The position numbers and the translations under genes are program-made. Under the pieces are notes generated by a model that saw nothing but the letters and a program-made list of their open reading frames with translations, was not told the DNA's origin and ran no database searches. Positions 59,715 to 64,000 of a DNA stretch of 64,000 nt are shown one piece after another. The stretch spans positions 1-64,000 of the forward strand of contig CAWKCK010000003.1 of the NCBI GenBank assembly GCA_963848135.1. The letters are read 5' to 3'. Each line of letters starts with the position of its first letter. Position 1 is the stretch's first letter. Origin of the DNA: an uncultured delta proteobacterium (lineage in GTDB: Bacteria > Desulfobacterota > Desulfobacteria > Desulfobacterales > SG8-13).

Positions 59715-59771
59715 GTACCTTTTTTTGAGAATAATTTCTCAAGTACGGAAGAATAATATTAGAAAGCGCGC

Positions 59772-60374
59772 TTAACGCGCATTCTTGAAATGCTCGTTGA
59801 CTTTTTCCCAGTTTATCACCTTAAAGAACGCCTCGATGTATTCCGGCCGTCGGTTTTGATATTTCAGATAGTAGGCGTGCTCCCAAACATCCAGTCCCAA
59901 AACCGGTACTTTGCCCTGGCTCAATGGGCTGTCCTGATTTGGGGTGGTGACAATTTCCAAGCGGCCATTTTCCACGACCAACCAGGCCCAACCACTGCCG
60001 AACAGCAAAGCCGCCGCGTTTGAAAACTCCTTTTTAAAGAATTCGAAATCGCCGAACTTTTTCTTGACGGCATCAGCCACATCCCCGCTAAAGGCGACAT
60101 CTTTTTTAAGTATCGGCCAAAAAAACGAGTGGTTGGCATGACCGCCACCGTGATTCCGAACAGCCGTTCTAATTTTTTCTGGAACCTTATCCAGGCTTTT
60201 AATCAAATCCTCAGCGCTGTAGTCTTTCAAATCCGGGTAGTCACTGACCGCAGCGTTCAGCTTGTCGATATACGTCTGGTGATGCTTGGTATGATGTATT
60301 TCCATCGTCCGTGCATCGATGTAAGGCTCCAGAGCGTCGTATGCATACGTAAGATTGGGTAGTGAGTAAGTCAT
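59772..60374 (-). CDS. Fe/Mn superoxide dismutase (Mn-type GGG signature)
   Basis: [44 protein letters not shown]. Confidence 0.96.
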   Translation of the reverse strand: MTYSLPNLTYAYDALEPYIDARTMEIHHTKHHQTYIDKLNAAVSDYPDLKDYSAEDLIKSLDKVPEKIRTAVRNHGGGHANHSFFWPILKKDVAFSGDVADAVKKKFGDFEFFKKEFSNAAALLFGSGWAWLVVENGRLEIVTTPNQDSPLSQGKVPVLGLDVWEHAYYLKYQNRRPEYIEAFFKVINWEKVNEHFKNAR

Positions 60375-60883
60375 TTTTATCTCCTTATGTTCAATCAGCC
60401 CTGCGAGGGACTGCGTATTGTCATCGATCGATCCCCGAAAACGAACCCCAGGTAGAATCGACTTCGTATCTGATTCCATGAAGGGTTCTGGTTATCCCGG
60501 GAGCATGTTATCCAATTTTAAAGATAAGTCTGATTGATAGGCTCTCAAGCCTGCCCGCTTGTTTCATGAAAATTCTTCAACTGAGCTTTGAACGAGCATA
60601 TCAACAATTTATAAAGGAAATATAAGCACTCTGTGGGCGCGTCGCCTGCAACCAGTTGCTAAATTTAACGGCAGATTGAAGGCCGGCAAATGCTATCGCT
60701 TGCAGTGTACAAGCACAGCAGCGCGTTCTGGGTTCCTTGCCGCTGAAGTTTGGGAAAATGTGTGGTTTCAATTATTGGAGGTTGCATTCGGGAGGGTGAA
60801 ACTGATACAGGAATGTGTACGACGCAGCGTTTTTTAGAAACTTTTCGCAGAAGAGACCACTCGCCTGATTATTCAATAAGCTT

Positions 60884-61522
60884 ATGCTTGCCTTAACCAC
60901 CATTTTTGTCACTTCGTTTATTGTTGCTCTGTCCGGGGCGATCATGCCTGGCCCCCTTTTGAGCGTGACGATCAGCGAAAGCCCGCGCCGCGGCTATCTG
61001 ACCGGACCGTTGCTGATTGCCGGACATGGCATCCTCGAAGCCGCATTGATCATTGCCCTCATGCTCGGCATGGCTCCGATCCTGCAGCGCGAGGAGGTGT
61101 TTATCGCAACGGCGATTGGGGGATCGGCCATTCTGCTGTGGATGGCCTACGGCATGTTCCGAATGCTGCCGTCCCTGACGCTGCGATCCGACCCCGAAAA
61201 AACGCACAGCAAGAGCCTGCTTTTTGCGGGCATATTCATGAGCCTGGCGAACCCTTATTGGACGATCTGGTGGGTATCCATCGGCCTCGGATATATCCTG
61301 CAAAGTTCAGCCCTCGGAAACTGGGGCGTTTTTTCGTTCTTCAGCGGCCACATTCTGGCCGATCTTGTCTGGTATACCGCCATCTCGACCGCCGTGTCTA
61401 AAGGCAAGGATTTTCTTAGTGATCGTTCTTACAGGGTCCTCATCGGTGCCTGTGCAATCTTTTTGATCGTTTTTTCGTGTCTGTTTGCGTATTCAGGAAT
61501 CGCAAAAGCGTTCACGACGTAA
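60884..61522 (+). CDS. LysE-family translocator
   Basis: SGAIMPGP, GHGILE, ANPYWTIWW, GHILAD. Confidence 0.9.
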   Translation: MLALTTIFVTSFIVALSGAIMPGPLLSVTISESPRRGYLTGPLLIAGHGILEAALIIALMLGMAPILQREEVFIATAIGGSAILLWMAYGMFRMLPSLTLRSDPEKTHSKSLLFAGIFMSLANPYWTIWWVSIGLGYILQSSALGNWGVFSFFSGHILADLVWYTAISTAVSKGKDFLSDRSYRVLIGACAIFLIVFSCLFAYSGIAKAFTT

Positions 61523-61742
61523 GCATTACCATTTTCCAGTTTCCTTTCCCCACAATTGAAACACCTCAGAATATCTGAATGTATTTCGCGCTGTTCTATT
61601 GCGTATCAGGGAATATAAACATAGCAACCAGCCTGAATTTAGCATGATACAAACCGTGAATGAGGCTGGTCCGGCGACCAGCGAGGATCCATAAATTTAC
61701 AGGGCCGTATTCGACTTATTAAACACAGGAAGGCCTATATAT

Positions 61743-61840
61743 ATGCCATCAGCTTTCGTCACTGGGGGAACAGGATTTGTAGGGTTTAACTTGAATGAAG
61801 ACTAAAAATTATTGGGAAATAAGATTAGAGAATTGTAAGG
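61743..61840 (+). pseudogene. N-terminal fragment of an NAD-dependent epimerase/dehydratase
   Basis: RBS aggaagg, then MPSAFVTGGTGFVGFNL followed by stop and decay. Confidence 0.6.
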
Positions 61841-61898
61841 ACGAGCGTTGGAAAAAAAAAATAAAAGCAAAACGAATTAACATTTTCAGGAGTATTGA

Positions 61899-62480
61899 AT
61901 GATGCCAAAATTCCTTTATATTGCTTCCTTCTTTCTTGTCGTCTGCATTGCCAGTTGTTCGGATTCAAATTCTAAAATTGAAATAAAGAAATCGGATATC
62001 CACTACGAAAAGCCGGCGACCTCAAACCAGGCCATCGAAGGAAATGAGGTAGCGTATAAATTGTGGTATAACGATAAAATATGGAAACTCCATGGAAAGA
62101 AAGGTCCCAATTTTAAAACCACAGATCAAGAGTCAAAATATAGAAACAGGTTGTTATCTAATACTTCAAGTGATGTATTTGTTTCAATAGAAGAAACTCA
62201 TGAAATACTGTCATATGGAGAATCTTTTAAACACTATTCAAAATGGATAAAACGTCAAGGGGGCCAAATAGTAGACAAGGAGATAAGAAATGTTAATGGA
62301 AAAGATATTCTATTTATCAAATCGATTGTAGAATCTGAATCTAAACCACTGGTAAGTATAAATTATGTCTTAACTAACAAATCCGGCGGTGTGAGTATTA
62401 CTGCGGGGGTATCGGAGAAATTATTTGAACTTCATAAAACAGAAATATTTGACATATTGAATGGCCTCGTTGATCAATAA
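61899..62480 (+). CDS. Hypothetical lipoprotein (AT-rich)
   Basis: IASC lipobox and RBS aggag. Confidence 0.7.
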   Translation: MMPKFLYIASFFLVVCIASCSDSNSKIEIKKSDIHYEKPATSNQAIEGNEVAYKLWYNDKIWKLHGKKGPNFKTTDQESKYRNRLLSNTSSDVFVSIEETHEILSYGESFKHYSKWIKRQGGQIVDKEIRNVNGKDILFIKSIVESESKPLVSINYVLTNKSGGVSITAGVSEKLFELHKTEIFDILNGLVDQ

Positions 62481-62679
62481 CGTATAGAACGTTTCGCACA
62501 TTTTGAAAGAGTAACTCTCAATCTGGTATGGTTTGTGTTGACAATAATCCATATAGATCCGCCGTCCTGGCATTGGATTGCACCCGTAACGTATCATTTG
62601 CCCTGCTAAGATATACGCCTCCTTCAATCTGCTCCTCGTATGGCGTTTACCACACCGAAATGTGCTGCCATACTCATTC

Positions 62680-62704
62680 GTTACAATTTGTTACACATTG
62701 ATAC
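62680..62704 (+). promoter_or_regulatory. OmpR-family-type direct repeats
   Basis: gttaca-attt-gttaca-catt-gatac with a 10-bp period, upstream of the Spy/CpxP gene. Confidence 0.6.
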
Positions 62705-62808
62705 GTCCATGAAAAGCATTGAGCGCAGGACTGCCATATAGTGGGTTCAAACAATCGCGGTTACCGCACATTGCAGCCGCTAAACCCACAATGTAACAGG
62801 AGGCAGTC

Positions 62809-63264
62809 ATGAAGAAGCGCTATGCTATTTTGACCACCGTTTTCTCTTTTCTACTCATCGCCGGCCTTGGCGCTTGCAGGCACGGTCACGCTCGCGGCGG
62901 TTTCGATGAATTCGATATGGAGGCCGCCACCAACCGGATCGCAGCGCGGCTGGATTTGTCTGAATCTCAAAAAACGGAATTGAAGGATATCATCACCGAA
63001 ATTGTGACAAGGGCAAAAGAGATGCGCGCCGATCGTGAAACCCGCCACAGTGAACTGGCGAACCTGGTTCGCCAGAACGCAATCGATCCCGAAACCGTTG
63101 ACCTGAAGATAACCGAGAAAGTTGACCAGATGAAGGACCTGGCGGACTTAGCCACTTCTCGATTGATCGCTTTTCACGCCACTCTAACCCCGGAGCAGCG
63201 TGAGAAGATCGCCGCGCACATCGAGGAACATACCGCTACCGATCGCTGCTTTTTTCGACGATAA
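62809..63264 (+). CDS. Spy/CpxP-family (LTXXQ) periplasmic protein
   Basis: LGAC lipobox, LDLSESQK, TLTPEQREK. Confidence 0.88.
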   Translation: MKKRYAILTTVFSFLLIAGLGACRHGHARGGFDEFDMEAATNRIAARLDLSESQKTELKDIITEIVTRAKEMRADRETRHSELANLVRQNAIDPETVDLKITEKVDQMKDLADLATSRLIAFHATLTPEQREKIAAHIEEHTATDRCFFRR

Positions 63265-63275
63265 CGGCTGTCAAC

Positions 63276-63313
63276 CCGTGGACCGCCGCCGCTTTCATGG
63301 TCGGCGGTCCGCG
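63276..63313 (+). terminator. GC-rich hairpin after the Spy/CpxP gene
   Basis: ccgtggaccgccg...cggcggtccgcgg. Confidence 0.6.
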
Positions 63314-63387
63314 GTTCCGTGCAACCTTTTCGCTTTAATTCCCATAGACATCTAATTATTTCAGGAGAGTTTTTCCCGCAAATGCCG

Positions 63388-63502
63388 AACCAAGGCGGAG
63401 GGAGTATCAGCCGCGAAAGCGGGCGCTGACTGAATGTGTAAGGCAGCCTTATGTATGAGTTTGCGCGCTGTAGTTCGCTGATTATTCCCTCCGCTCCCGG
63501 TT
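63388..63502. repeat. Long imperfect palindrome (115 nt)
   Basis: aaccaaggcggagggagtatcagc...tgtgtaagg-cag-ccttatgta...gctgattattccctccgctcccggtt. Confidence 0.7.
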
Positions 63503-63619
63503 AATGAAAACGCCCCGAGGGCTCAATTGTTTATCCCTGGTCATGGGTTTATTTTGTGAAAAAAAACTGTTACTGAGCAGTTTAGGTCAATCTTGGTCAG
63601 AAAAAGCTCAAAAGAGGCG

Positions 63620-64000
63620 ATGTCAATGCCCTGGAAAATCCTCGTCATCGACGACGATGAAAAACTCAACAAACTATTGAAACGATTTCTCGGTGAGTTT
63701 GATTTTACGGTTTACTCAGCAACCAATGCCCGGGAAGGCCTAAAAAAGATCCGAACCGTTTCACCGGATTTGATTATCCTCGATTTGATGCTGCCCGGGA
63801 TGAGCGGATTTGACGTTTGTAAACGCATCCGGCAGACCAGTTCGTTACCTATTATAATGCTCACCGCTCGGGGTGATTTGATGGATAAAGTCGTGGGACT
63901 CGAACTGGGGGCCGACGACTATTTACCCAAGCCATTCGAGCCGCGCGAACTTGTCGCCAGGATTCAGGCGGTGCTCCGCCGGGTAAAGGACACCGGAACG
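63620..64000 (+). CDS. OmpR-family response regulator (partial, runs off the window)
   Basis: MSMPWKILVIDDD...PDLIILDLMLPGMSGFDVC...PIIMLTARG...GLELGADDYLPKPFEPRELVARIQAVLRR. Confidence 0.95.
   Translation, partial: MSMPWKILVIDDDEKLNKLLKRFLGEFDFTVYSATNAREGLKKIRTVSPDLIILDLMLPGMSGFDVCKRIRQTSSLPIIMLTARGDLMDKVVGLELGADDYLPKPFEPRELVARIQAVLRRVKDTGT

Noticed and set aside
1..64000. CRISPR array, rRNA or tRNA genes
   Set aside because: No regularly spaced direct repeats and no recognisable rRNA or tRNA sequence seen by eye.

Overview
This is a 64 kb bacterial chromosomal window. Gene content (hcp, an Orp-like NifB/NifX plus Fe-S ATPase cluster, DUF3786, a GEMM-I riboswitch, a selenoprotein) suggests an anaerobic deltaproteobacterium of the Desulfobacterota type; this is an inference. 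It carries accessory and metabolic genes: a class III cyclase, a thiol-disulfide operon (TlpA-DsbB-DsbA-CcdA), dadA, DUF6502/DUF5666, an L,D-transpeptidase / Lpp-like lipoprotein / YafK(DpaA)-like trio, hcp, a sigma-54 two-component system with an ABC exporter, a Na+/solute symporter, acyl-CoA dehydrogenase with a 2-oxoacid dehydrogenase complex, SOD and a CpxP/OmpR-type pair. Several things are missed by the ORF track. (1) A UGA-readthrough selenocysteine peroxiredoxin with a SECIS-like hairpin. (2) A c-di-GMP-I riboswitch. (3) A decayed RAYT (Y1 HUH) transposase. (4) At least three families of 100-145 bp palindromic intergenic elements whose termini differ but whose internal architecture is shared. 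(5) A four-copy 16-bp palindromic operator across the Orp-like cluster. (6) An unassigned switch-like RNA leader. Many genes carry single-base frameshifts that look like long-read consensus errors. I saw no rRNA, tRNA or CRISPR array. All family assignments are by eye, with no database search.
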